39,111 bases of DNA from a virus (IMGVR_UViG_3300045988_061229:1-39111), one strand, 5' to 3'; shown: positions 1-7,013, counted from the stretch's first letter. Notes: generated by a model from the letters alone, not told the origin. Numbers and translations are program-made.

Positions 1-48
1 TGAATGGGGTTCAAGAGGCCGCTGGTTCGATTCCAGTCACTCGGACCA
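1..48 (+). tRNA. tRNA-Pro(GGG), 3' portion only (end of anticodon stem to CCA). The gene's 5' part lies left of the window.
   Basis: Reads tga / ATGGGGT / TCAAG / AGGCC / GCTGG-TTCGATT-CCAGT / CACTCGG / A / CCA. The 7-nt loop has T33, anticodon GGG and G37. The T-arm is canonical. The acceptor implies C1:G72 plus A73, the bacterial tRNA-Pro signature. CCA is encoded. Confidence 0.7.
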
Positions 49-77
49 AAGAAAAGTCCCGTAACCGCAAGGGTTAC
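1..77. repeat. attL copy of the perfect direct repeat (at least 77 bp) flanking the prophage
   Basis: Bases 1-77 are identical to 39035-39111. The repeat runs into both window edges, so its true length may be greater. Confidence 0.9.
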
Positions 78-87
78 GGGATTTTTT
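57..87 (+). terminator. rho-independent terminator downstream of tRNA-Pro
   Basis: TCCCGTAACC / GCAAG loop / GGTTACGGGA, followed by TTTTTT. Confidence 0.7.
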
Positions 88-109
88 CTATTCTTCCCTC
101 AAAACGAAT

Positions 110-129
110 GAGAGTAACGAGAGAGTAAC
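110..129. repeat. tandem GAGAGTAAC x2, 11-bp spacing (putative integrase arm-type sites)
   Basis: GAGAGTAAC occurs at 110-118 and 121-129, between attL and the int stop. A related GTGTAACC x2 lies at 38907-38926. A GTAACC/GGTTAC inverted pair lies in the core terminator. Confidence 0.4.
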
Positions 130-134
130 CGAAA

Positions 135-1259
135 TTAAATTGCATCCGTGATTTTTCGGAGATCATCAAGGTTCACATCTTGATAATACCGCAGCATCTC
201 AGGGCTTGCGTGCCCGATCAGCTCCATTTTATCTTTCTCCGCTGCCTGTACATTCTTCATCAGCGTGGCAAACGTGTGGCGGCAGGTGTGCGGGGAATAG
301 GTGTGTTTTTCGTTTACAATGGGATTTTCAATGCCGGATTGCTCCAAGACCTGATAAAAAACGGCGTCTCGAAATCTGTCGTACCGAAAAAAATCTCCCG
401 CGTCGTTGCAGAAAAGAGCGCCGAAAATTCGGTCTGCCGCCAAGCGGTCGATGATTGGTTGTATCTTCGGGCTGATCGTGACGGTCCGATTTTTTCCTGC
501 CTCCGTTTTTGCGCCCCCAACCAGTGTTTTGGATTTTCGATCATAGTTTTTGACATCCAGCGCCAAAAATTCAGAAGGGCGAAAGCCAAGATAGCACATA
601 CAGTAAACATAGTCTGCGTAGGGGACTGTTCCGATTGCCCTGCGTAATTTTTCTATATGCTCGGCGGAGAAGCTGGTTCTTGCCTTGCTCTGCTCCCCGC
701 CGACAATCAGATATTGCGCGAGGTTCATATTGGCAAATCCGCGAGGAACAGCGTATTTATACATGAGGCCGCAGAGGGCTTTCATGTTTTCCTTGGTGCG
801 TTTCCCCTTCGGGCATTCGTCCATGCACTCTTGCAGATCGTCGATCTCGATGTCTTTCAGCTTCAAATATTCTACGGGATAGAAATATTTTTCTGCGGAT
901 TTATAACAGTCTATCGTTGATTTCCCTGCCCTGTGTGTGGGGAGCCATAGCTCATAAAGCTGCCGCCATGTATATGCCTGTTCCTGGCGCTGCTGCTTTT
1001 TGAGAGATGGCAAATATTCCAGCGCGTCTTTTTTGGTGCGAAACCCACCTTTTTTTGCAATCACGCGCTTTTTCTGATCCCCGACGATCCGATAGCCCTT
1101 CGTGACTTCGGCGACCCAGCGGTCTCCGCGTTTGTAAACCGTCCCTGTCCCGTTTCCGCGCTTGGTATGTTTTCTTTTTTCCTCTTCCTGCTTTTTCCTG
1201 CACATGGGGCAAAAAACGGCCCCATCGGGCAACATGGCATTGCACTTGATGCAGGTCAT
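135..1259 (-). CDS. int: tyrosine recombinase (phage integrase) with N-terminal zinc ribbon
   Basis: 374 aa. CxxC..CxxC at the N-terminus. C-terminal motifs HTCRHTFATL and LIGHASPEMLRYY. A GGAGGGGG RBS lies 5 nt before the ATG at 1259, so the track's TTG at 1292 is less likely. A TAATG overlap links it to the upstream gene. Adjacent to attL. Confidence 0.9.
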   Translation of the reverse strand: MTCIKCNAMLPDGAVFCPMCRKKQEEEKRKHTKRGNGTGTVYKRGDRWVAEVTKGYRIVGDQKKRVIAKKGGFRTKKDALEYLPSLKKQQRQEQAYTWRQLYELWLPTHRAGKSTIDCYKSAEKYFYPVEYLKLKDIEIDDLQECMDECPKGKRTKENMKALCGLMYKYAVPRGFANMNLAQYLIVGGEQSKARTSFSAEHIEKLRRAIGTVPYADYVYCMCYLGFRPSEFLALDVKNYDRKSKTLVGGAKTEAGKNRTVTISPKIQPIIDRLAADRIFGALFCNDAGDFFRYDRFRDAVFYQVLEQSGIENPIVNEKHTYSPHTCRHTFATLMKNVQAAEKDKMELIGHASPEMLRYYQDVNLDDLRKITDAI

Positions 1260-1675
1260 TACAGCCCCCTCCAAAATCCGTAATCTATACAATGAAAATC
1301 AATGTACACGCACCACACAGCGAGAAAAACGATGATGAGGAACATTATAGCAATCACGCCGTTTCGGATATGCACGCCGCGCCGCATGATCTCAATGGTA
1401 TCGGCCTTTGCGTCAACATGGCGTTCCAGCTCATCATTCCGCGCTTGCAAAGTTTCCTCGGTCGGTGTCAAGCGTTCGGAAATTCCGAACGCTTCATCAA
1501 GCGATATTCCAAGCGCTTTGCAGATCGGCGCGACGGTGTAGATCGACGGAGATTTAGAAAACTTGGAAAAGAAGTTCTGTACGGTGGACAGCGGCACGCC
1601 GGAATCGTCTGAAATGTCTTGATAGGTCAGCTTCAATTCTTCTTTACGGATTCTACACACTTCTTGAATGTTCAT
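1259..1675 (-). CDS. XRE-family HTH regulator with C-terminal transmembrane helix
   Basis: 138 aa. N-terminal HTH (LTYQDISDDSGVPLSTVQNFFS). C-terminal hydrophobic helix (VIAIMFLIIVFLAVWCVYI). AAGGTGG RBS. Confidence 0.75.
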   Translation of the reverse strand: MNIQEVCRIRKEELKLTYQDISDDSGVPLSTVQNFFSKFSKSPSIYTVAPICKALGISLDEAFGISERLTPTEETLQARNDELERHVDAKADTIEIMRRGVHIRNGVIAIMFLIIVFLAVWCVYIDFHCIDYGFWRGL

Positions 1676-1840
1676 TTACGCCACCTTAATTTTTTCCGAT
1701 TTTCGCGCCGCAAAGTCGCAAGATGAGGGCTTGTCGAGCCATGTCGAGCGCTGTTTTATTGCAAGGCTTCGGCATTGAATTACCAAGCCAAAGTGGGCTA
1801 CGGTAAAGACAAGCAGCGGCGACCGATCCCCGCCGGCTGC

Positions 1841-1878
1841 AAAAAGCCCTCGCCGTTGTTGCAGAGGCGGCGAGGGCT
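1841..1878 (-). terminator. rho-independent terminator for the minus-strand 156-aa/47-aa operon
   Basis: 11-bp stem AGCCCTCGCCG/CGGCGAGGGCT. On the minus strand it is followed by TTTTTG. Confidence 0.7.
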
Positions 1879-1882
1879 AACC

Positions 1883-2026
1883 TTACTTCATACCAAGGAG
1901 CTTGCCAAGTTTTCTTTGCCGCCCTGCTTTGGTCGTTGGGATCCCAGTTCCTTTTGAAATTTTCCTTTTCATCTTCGTGATTCCGAGCGCACGTTTCCAA
2001 CTAAAGGACAGGCCGGGGATCTTCAT
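1883..2026 (-). CDS. small, very basic hypothetical protein (47 aa)
   Basis: MKIPGLSFSWKRALGITKMKRKISKGTGIPTTKAGRQRKLGKLLGMK. The ATG overlaps the stop of the upstream gene (TAATG). Below the ORF-track length cutoff. Followed by a terminator. Confidence 0.4.
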   Translation of the reverse strand: MKIPGLSFSWKRALGITKMKRKISKGTGIPTTKAGRQRKLGKLLGMK

Positions 2027-2496
2027 TATTGATTCACCACCCTTTCAACTTTTTCAATCATCTTAGCACATAGATCGCGCCCATGCTTGAGACTTTCTTC
2101 CGGCATTTGGTCGGCATACTCGTCAACGATAGCCGCGATGCTTTGAGCCTTTTTTACCTGCCCGCGAGATAGGCCGAGAATATGCACAGTTTCTTTTTGG
2201 ATGTACCGAGAAAGAAAACTGTTTGTATGGGTAGCCTTTTCGTTTTGTAGCATTTCGGCGCATTCGTTCGGGGAAACCCTTCCACCAGCCATACACTTAG
2301 TATCGCCACCTGCGACCTCTGCGATCTGCGCTACGGTTTGCTCTGCAAGCTTGTACCGGGAAAAGTATGTTTCGATGTTGGTCGTATCTGCAATGATGCG
2401 AATGCAGTCCGCAAATATTTGCGATTGACGCTTAACAAAGGCAGTTTCCGCAGCGGTCATTTTTTTCTTGCCGAAAAGCGAGCCTAAAATACCCAT
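2026..2496 (-). CDS. hypothetical protein (156 aa), lysogeny-region accessory gene
   Basis: Clean ORF with no domain I recognise. Translationally coupled to the 47-aa ORF and shares its terminator. Confidence 0.65.
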   Translation of the reverse strand: MGILGSLFGKKKMTAAETAFVKRQSQIFADCIRIIADTTNIETYFSRYKLAEQTVAQIAEVAGGDTKCMAGGRVSPNECAEMLQNEKATHTNSFLSRYIQKETVHILGLSRGQVKKAQSIAAIVDEYADQMPEESLKHGRDLCAKMIEKVERVVNQ

Positions 2497-2600
2497 TTAC
2501 GCTTCCCCAATCTTTTGCAAAATATCATTTTGTTGCACAGCGCCGTGCAGCAAACCCCTGTTGTGGGAATAGGTATGAATACCGAAAAGGAGGTCGAAGC

Positions 2601-2753
2601 ATGGACGCACAGGTGCAAGCGGCGGCGGCTCTTTATCTGCTCCTAACGCCGAAGCAGAAAGACGAAATGCTCGCGCTGATTGAGCGCATCCTCGCGGAGG
2701 AGGCGCAAAAAATAGCCTTAGAGCTAAACGGAGGGACGCAAGATGTTGTGTAA
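2601..2753 (+). CDS. small hypothetical protein (50 aa)
   Basis: AAGGAGGT RBS 6 nt upstream of the ATG. MDAQVQAAAALYLLLTPKQKDEMLALIERILAEEAQKIALELNGGTQDVV. Below the ORF-track cutoff. Confidence 0.5.
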   Translation: MDAQVQAAAALYLLLTPKQKDEMLALIERILAEEAQKIALELNGGTQDVV

Positions 2754-2901
2754 TGACGCGAAATGTGATACAATAAGCAGAGCAGATGTTGAAATGCTGC
2801 GCGAAAAACTGGTATGCGCCGCGCTGGCGCTTCCGTATGAAGCAAAGCTTGAGCTTTTGAAATTTATCGAGGGGAGAGAGAAAAATGAAAGAGGCCGCTA
2901 A
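2743..2901 (+). CDS. small hypothetical protein (52 aa), apparent paralog of the preceding ORF
   Basis: GGAGGG RBS. Shares a motif with the preceding ORF: LPYEAKLELLKFIEG versus LTPKQKDEMLALIERI. Confidence 0.5.
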   Translation: MLCNDAKCDTISRADVEMLREKLVCAALALPYEAKLELLKFIEGREKNERGR

Positions 2902-3139
2902 GTTGTGGTACATCGACTCCAAAATGGTTAACGCGGTAAATCGGTGCATGGACGCCATTTCGGCCTGCGGACTTTCCGCGGACAGCGCGGAATATCTTCC
3001 CTTTTGCTTAGATCGTGCAATCAAAGCAAGCAATCAGATTTCCGCACAAAGCATCCCGTTCCGCGCAACGCCCGTAAAGGTCAATGAGGAAAACGGGGGC
3101 TGTGATGTCACGCCTTTGGCGCTATTATTTGTTCAATAG
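2885..3139 (+). CDS. hypothetical protein (84 aa)
   Basis: Track ORF, third in a chain of overlapping plus-strand ORFs. No domain recognised. Confidence 0.5.
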   Translation: MKEAAKLWYIDSKMVNAVNRCMDAISACGLSADSAEYLPFCLDRAIKASNQISAQSIPFRATPVKVNEENGGCDVTPLALLFVQ

Positions 3140-3178
3140 CTGCCGATGCGATCCCTTTTGAAATCGTTTCGATCACCG

Positions 3179-3523
3179 TTACGGTTTTTTCCTCTTGCTT
3201 TCCAAAAAATCAATATAGCGGTAAATCTCATCCAATTCCTCCGCAGATGCAGAGCGAATAAACTGAGCGATTTTACCATCCATGCCCTCGCCCTCTGTGG
3301 CGCGGGCTTCTTTTATGCCCGGGTCATCCGTTTCGCCACGGAGGTATTCAGGAGTGGTTTTAAGCTCTTTTGCGAGAATTTGCAACGGTTCATCGGCGAT
3401 ATTTGTGTTTTGCTTTTTGGCATCAATTAAATATCTCGATGAGAACCCCATTGCTTCGCTAAGGAAGCTTTTCTTTTTCCCGCAAAGATTTACAAGCTCT
3501 TGAATTCTATCATATCTTATCAA
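3179..3523 (-). CDS. HTH repressor-like protein (CI-like by position)
   Basis: Track ORF 3179..3622 trimmed to the TTG at 3523, which is preceded by a GAGGTG RBS. HTH (IQELVNLCGKKKSFLSEAMGFSSRYLIDAKK) with an acidic C-terminus. Divergent from the cro-like gene. Confidence 0.7.
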   Translation of the reverse strand: MIRYDRIQELVNLCGKKKSFLSEAMGFSSRYLIDAKKQNTNIADEPLQILAKELKTTPEYLRGETDDPGIKEARATEGEGMDGKIAQFIRSASAEELDEIYRYIDFLESKRKKP

Positions 3524-3542
3524 AACGCGCACCTCAATTTGT

Positions 3543-3559
3543 GGGTTTTGCCAAAACCC
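3543..3559. promoter_or_regulatory. perfect 17-bp palindrome GGGTTTTG-C-CAAAACCC (candidate operator or leader hairpin)
   Basis: 8+1+8 perfect inverted repeat between the repressor start and the 3581 promoter. A second inverted repeat, TGGGGTA-N13-TACCCCA (3567-3593), brackets the -35 element. Confidence 0.4.
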
Positions 3560-3580
3560 AAAAAAATGGGGTATCAAGTA

Positions 3581-3609
3581 TTGACTTACCCCACAAAGTG
3601 AGGTATCAT
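3581..3609 (+). promoter_or_regulatory. sigma-A-type promoter, rightward
   Basis: TTGACT, 17 nt, TATCAT. Confidence 0.45.
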
Positions 3610-3691
3610 ATAACCATGCCAACCGAAAAAATGGTACACAAAAACCAGCCCCCCCATAAAAGCGGCTTTTGCAATGTCTTTTGGCGATTTC

Positions 3692-3720
3692 ATTGTAATA
3701 CGCTTTCGGGGCGGTGTCAA
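3692..3720 (-). promoter_or_regulatory. sigma-A-type promoter, leftward toward the repressor gene
   Basis: On the minus strand: TTGACA, 17 nt, TACAAT. It faces the 3581 promoter; the inferred start sites are about 70 bp apart. Confidence 0.5.
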
Positions 3721-3771
3721 GTGTGATTTCTCATGTTTATGAGGTTTCGGCGGGCATTGACTGCGGCGGGG

Positions 3772-3810
3772 AAAAGAAAAAGCACCCGCGGTCTGTTCAC
3801 GGATGCTTTT
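3772..3810 (-). terminator. intrinsic terminator, better oriented for minus-strand transcripts
   Basis: Stem AGCACCCG/CGGATGCT with one mismatch and an 11-nt loop. The minus strand continues TTTTCTTTTC. The plus strand has only TTT followed by CCCCC. Confidence 0.45.
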
Positions 3811-3987
3811 CCCCCAGATTTGTTTACCAGAACGCACTGCACAGGATGATCGGACACGTTGCTTTGCATCCGTCCGAATTGATGGGTTTCTTTCCATCGG
3901 CTCGGCAATGCCATCCTGACGCAAAATCAGACTTGCGCTTCTATGGACGCGCCGCTCACTTTGGCAGTTCCGGTTCTGCCCCTTGCC

Positions 3988-4044
3988 CTATCGCATCGCG
4001 CCGTTTCTTTGGTCTGGAACGGGCAAAGTCAAAAGGTTGGTCAT
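3988..4044 (-). CDS. 18-codon ORF (MTNLLTLPVPDQRNGAMR) with a perfect Shine-Dalgarno sequence
   Basis: AAGGAGGTG lies 6 nt upstream of the ATG, about 34 nt downstream of the predicted start site of the 4085-4113 promoter. Confidence 0.3.
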   Translation of the reverse strand: MTNLLTLPVPDQRNGAMR

Positions 4045-4084
4045 GGAAACCACCTCCTTGAGATTGCCGCAAAGGGCTAATGGC

Positions 4085-4113
4085 AGTATAGCAAATCTCC
4101 CCGCCGCAGTCAA
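4085..4113 (-). promoter_or_regulatory. sigma-A-type promoter, leftward
   Basis: On the minus strand: TTGACT, 17 nt (gcggcggggagatttgc), TATACT. Its -10 overlaps a weaker plus-strand candidate, TTGCCG-17-TATAGC (4064-4092), that would drive the cro-like gene. Confidence 0.55.
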
Positions 4114-4145
4114 TGATAACTCACAATGAAAGGAGGACGCAAATT

Positions 4146-4337
4146 TTGACATTGAGAGAGCTGCGAGAACGCTCCGGACTGACCCGCGCGCAGGTGGCGA
4201 AGAAACTGAATGTTGACCTATCCTGCGTGACGCACTGGGAGCTGGGCGACTGGCGACCGCTGCGGAAGTACCACAAGAAACTGGCGAAAATGTACGGCGT
4301 GACCGTGGACGAGCTTTTGAAGCCCGATGAAAAGTAA
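4146..4337 (+). CDS. Cro-like XRE HTH protein
   Basis: HTH LTLRELRERSGLTRAQVAKKLNVDLSCVTHWELG. The AGGAGG at 4131-4136 favours the TTG at 4146 over the track's ATG at 4113. Confidence 0.7.
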   Translation: MTLRELRERSGLTRAQVAKKLNVDLSCVTHWELGDWRPLRKYHKKLAKMYGVTVDELLKPDEK

Positions 4338-4354
4338 AGGAGGAAGGAGAGAAC

Positions 4355-4720
4355 ATGAACTGGATTATCGTAATCGTTGCCGGCATCATCGGCATCTTCG
4401 TTTCACATTGGCTTGAGGGAAAGATAGATTTCTCTTTGTGCCTGTTGGCAGTAGAAGTAATCTCTATCATTTCCATAGTCACGGCGGTAGTGGTTATCCT
4501 TGTTGGCGTGCTCGAAACGCCACAGTCCATCAATAACTTTAACCGCCAGAAGGCATACATCGAAATGCACGAAGCGAAAAACGCCGTGGAAGATGCAGCG
4601 CTGACTTCCAAGAAAATCGAGCTGAATGAGTGGCTTTATGACGCACAGTGCAGCAAATCCCGATTTGGGGGTTGGAGCTTTTACCCCGACAGCATTTTTG
4701 ACTTGGAGCCGATTGAATGA
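4355..4720 (+). CDS. membrane protein (121 aa), hypothetical
   Basis: Two N-terminal hydrophobic helices. AAGGAGG RBS. Confidence 0.65.
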   Translation: MNWIIVIVAGIIGIFVSHWLEGKIDFSLCLLAVEVISIISIVTAVVVILVGVLETPQSINNFNRQKAYIEMHEAKNAVEDAALTSKKIELNEWLYDAQCSKSRFGGWSFYPDSIFDLEPIE

Positions 4721-4840
4721 AATGGCATAAGAAAAGCCCTGTTCAGCGTAGCAGGCCGAACAGGGCAACCGGACAAATCTCAGCACAGATATTGTGTCCT
4801 GCGGGCATTATAACAGCTCCGCGGGGGAAAGGCAAGAGGT

Positions 4841-5056
4841 ATGACACTAAAAGATATGATGAAATCGGACAGGCCGTTTCTCACGCCTGCGGAGGTCGCG
4901 CCGGTCTTGGAGTGCGACCCGCACGCGATAAGGCTTGCCGCGCGGAGCGCACCGGAGGGCCTCGGGTTCCCGGTCATCTGCATCGGCTCTCGTGTGAAGA
5001 TCCCGAGGCTCCCGTTTGTGGAGTTTATGACAAAGCTGAAAGGAGCCGAACCATGA
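4841..5056 (+). CDS. excisionase-type (MerR-like) HTH DNA-binding protein
   Basis: 71 aa. FLTPAEVAPVLECDPHAIRLAAR...KIPRLPFVEF pattern. AAGAGGT RBS. Confidence 0.5.
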   Translation: MTLKDMMKSDRPFLTPAEVAPVLECDPHAIRLAARSAPEGLGFPVICIGSRVKIPRLPFVEFMTKLKGAEP

Positions 5057-5148
5057 ACACCTTTTTCATTTTTGTCGGCGTCACGACCGTCTCGTGGCAG
5101 CTCGTGCGTCTGATCGTGTGGCTGGATACGCCGAGGGCAAAGCGATGA
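5053..5148 (+). CDS. small hydrophobic protein (31 aa)
   Basis: MNTFFIFVGVTTVSWQLVRLIVWLDTPRAKR. ATGA overlaps at both ends. Below the track cutoff. Confidence 0.4.
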   Translation: MNTFFIFVGVTTVSWQLVRLIVWLDTPRAKR

Positions 5149-5669
5149 GAAACGACCGACGCACCCGCGAGCAGCGCAAGGCCGACGCTTCGGCGCGCAT
5201 CGCCGCCGTCTGCCTGTTCCTCGCGGTGCTGCTTATTATCGTCGCAGCCCTGACGGTCAAGACCACCGGGCAGCCGTACAAGGGCGAGCCGCCGGTTGTC
5301 GAAGACAAGCTCCCCGGCGAGGACAAGCCCGCAGAGGGGAGCGCGGAACTTACCATCGGCGAACCGCTCGGCGAATTTAAGCTGACTGCCTATTGCCCGT
5401 GCTTCCGCTGTTGCGGCAAGACGGACGGCATCACGGCGACAGGCACGACCGCCGCTGAGGGACGCACCATTGCCGTTGACCCTCGCGTGATTCCTTACGG
5501 CTCCTCTGTCACGATCTACTTTGCCGACGGCACGAGCCACACATACACCGCCGAGGATTGCGGCGGCGCGATCAAGGAAAACCGCATCGACGTGTTTTTT
5601 GACGACCATCAGGCCGCGCGGGAATTTGGCGTACAAACCGCTTATGTTTACAAGGAGGTGTCGTCATGA
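5145..5669 (+). CDS. membrane-anchored 3D-domain (MltA-like double-psi barrel) protein
   Basis: Trimmed to the ATG at 5145. TM anchor followed by FKLTAYCPCFRCCGKTDGITATGT..GRTIAVDPRVIPYGS..YTAEDCGGAIKENRIDVFFD. Confidence 0.75.
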   Translation: MRNDRRTREQRKADASARIAAVCLFLAVLLIIVAALTVKTTGQPYKGEPPVVEDKLPGEDKPAEGSAELTIGEPLGEFKLTAYCPCFRCCGKTDGITATGTTAAEGRTIAVDPRVIPYGSSVTIYFADGTSHTYTAEDCGGAIKENRIDVFFDDHQAAREFGVQTAYVYKEVSS

Positions 5670-5977
5670 CGGACGATGCTTTGCGTTTGTTGTCTGCTCT
5701 CGGCGAGGGCGAGGACAATGCTATGACGCGCGGCGCCCTATGCGCCCTGCTCGGCTTGCCGGACCGCACCGTGCGCAAGCTCATCGAGGAAGCACGGCGA
5801 GAGGAAACGGAGGACGGCCCATTTATCGTCAACGCCTGCGAGGGCAAGGGATACTTCCTCGCCCGCAATGCGGACGAGATCGAGCGTCACTACCGCGGCG
5901 AATACTCCCGCGCGATGGCGATCTTGGTACGCACGAAGGGCGAGCGGAAATTTTTGAAGAAAGCGGGTCGGCTATGA
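5666..5977 (+). CDS. hypothetical protein, winged-helix-like
   Basis: 103-aa track ORF. ATGA-type coupling to both neighbours. Confidence 0.6.
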   Translation: MTDDALRLLSALGEGEDNAMTRGALCALLGLPDRTVRKLIEEARREETEDGPFIVNACEGKGYFLARNADEIERHYRGEYSRAMAILVRTKGERKFLKKAGRL

Positions 5978-6144
5978 TGTATCAATGCGAGAGCTGTCAC
6001 GCGATCTTTACGGATCCAGACACTTACATGGAGCGTGAAAACCTCGATGGGGAAAACGGCTGGTATTACGCCGAGCGGGCGGTCTGCCCGTACTGCGGCG
6101 AAGAATGGTTTACGGAGGTGGAAGACGATGCCGAATCTGGATGA
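5974..6144 (+). CDS. small zinc-ribbon protein (56 aa)
   Basis: MMYQCESCHAIF...CPYCGEEWF. Two CxxC pairs. ATGA overlap with the upstream gene. Confidence 0.5.
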   Translation: MMYQCESCHAIFTDPDTYMERENLDGENGWYYAERAVCPYCGEEWFTEVEDDAESG

Positions 6145-6370
6145 CGGCACTTCCGGCTATCTGAAAGGCACGGCGTCGGTAACGACCTATTTCCCAATCG
6201 ACCGCAAAGGCACAGCGTACATCGCCTGCGAAGCCTGCCGGTTTTACAGACGGTCAAGCAAGCGCTGCGGGCTGACGGATGAAGTCATTCCGTGGCCGGA
6301 CAAATACACCGGGCGAAACTGCCCGCTTACTTTGGAGGAAGAAGAAAATGGAGAACCTTGGAATTTATGA
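6128..6370 (+). CDS. hypothetical Cys-containing protein (80 aa)
   Basis: Track ORF 6035..6370 trimmed to the ATG at 6128 (MPNLDDG...). Confidence 0.45.
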   Translation: MPNLDDGTSGYLKGTASVTTYFPIDRKGTAYIACEACRFYRRSSKRCGLTDEVIPWPDKYTGRNCPLTLEEEENGEPWNL

Positions 6371-7013
6371 AAGCGTACGGCAAGTCCCGCCGTCCGCACA
6401 GCGCGAAATCCAGGCGGGGAGGCTGAAAGGCAAGACCGACATTAACCCCATGTGGCGCATTAAGGCGCTGACGGAGCAGTTCGGTCCCTGCGGGATTGGA
6501 TGGAAGTACGTTATCACGGATAAGCGGTTGGAGCAGGGCGCGAACAACGAGGTTTCCGCATTTGTGGACATCGATCTTTACATCAAGGTCGATGGTGCGT
6601 GGTCAGATGCGATCCCCGGCACAGGCGGCAGCGCGTTTGTCGCCAGTGAACGAAACGGCCTTTACACCTCTGACGAGTGTTTCAAAATGGCGCTGACCGA
6701 TGCTATCTCCGTTGCCTGCAAGGCGCTCGGGTTTGGCGCGGATGTGTATTGGGCGAAGGACGCGACCAAGTACACGCCAAGAACCGCAGAGCAGAAGCCG
6801 AGCAAGGAAGAAATGCAGTCCTTCAACCAGGCGTACAAGGAACAGTTTGACTACACCTGCCAAGACTGCAAACAGCCGATTACACCGCAGTCCTTTAACG
6901 GCAAGCTCTATCGTGTGAGCGACATCTCCAAAGGTGCGATGAAGAAATACGGTGTGCCGCTCTGCTGGGCTTGTATGGAAAAGAGGAAAGCCAATGAAAG
7001 CCCAACTGCATGA
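6348..7013 (+). CDS. putative single-strand annealing protein (Rad52/Sak-like) with C-terminal zinc ribbon
   Basis: Trimmed to the ATG at 6348. INPMWRIKALTEQFGPCGIGW resembles the Rad52-type core. Sits next to NinB-like, HNH and SSB genes. Confidence 0.5.
   Translation: MENLGIYESVRQVPPSAQREIQAGRLKGKTDINPMWRIKALTEQFGPCGIGWKYVITDKRLEQGANNEVSAFVDIDLYIKVDGAWSDAIPGTGGSAFVASERNGLYTSDECFKMALTDAISVACKALGFGADVYWAKDATKYTPRTAEQKPSKEEMQSFNQAYKEQFDYTCQDCKQPITPQSFNGKLYRVSDISKGAMKKYGVPLCWACMEKRKANESPTA

Larger units (their letters stand above)
3772..4078 (-). ncRNA. predicted ~300-nt minus-strand transcript (promoter 4085-4113 to terminator ~3772) carrying an 18-codon ORF
   Basis: Bounded by a near-consensus promoter and a terminator. 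There is no credible long ORF. Several 5-6-bp helices are visible. Confidence 0.3.

Noticed and set aside
2497-3033. A 178-aa minus-strand ORF that abuts the start of the 156-aa gene.
   Set aside because: Its composition looks like an antisense shadow. The opposite strand carries three chained ORFs with strong RBSs and natural-looking sequences. Some uncertainty remains.
3880-3960. A c-di-GMP-I-like riboswitch suggested by GGCAATGCC...GACGCAAAATC.
   Set aside because: Only short fragments resemble the GEMM-I consensus, and the required hairpin arrangement between them is not present.
4736-4766. A 9-bp hairpin GCCCTGTTC/GAACAGGGC after the 121-aa membrane gene, considered as a terminator.
   Set aside because: There is no U-tract on the plus strand. 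The T-run exists only on the minus strand, where no gene needs termination. It is noted only as a hairpin.
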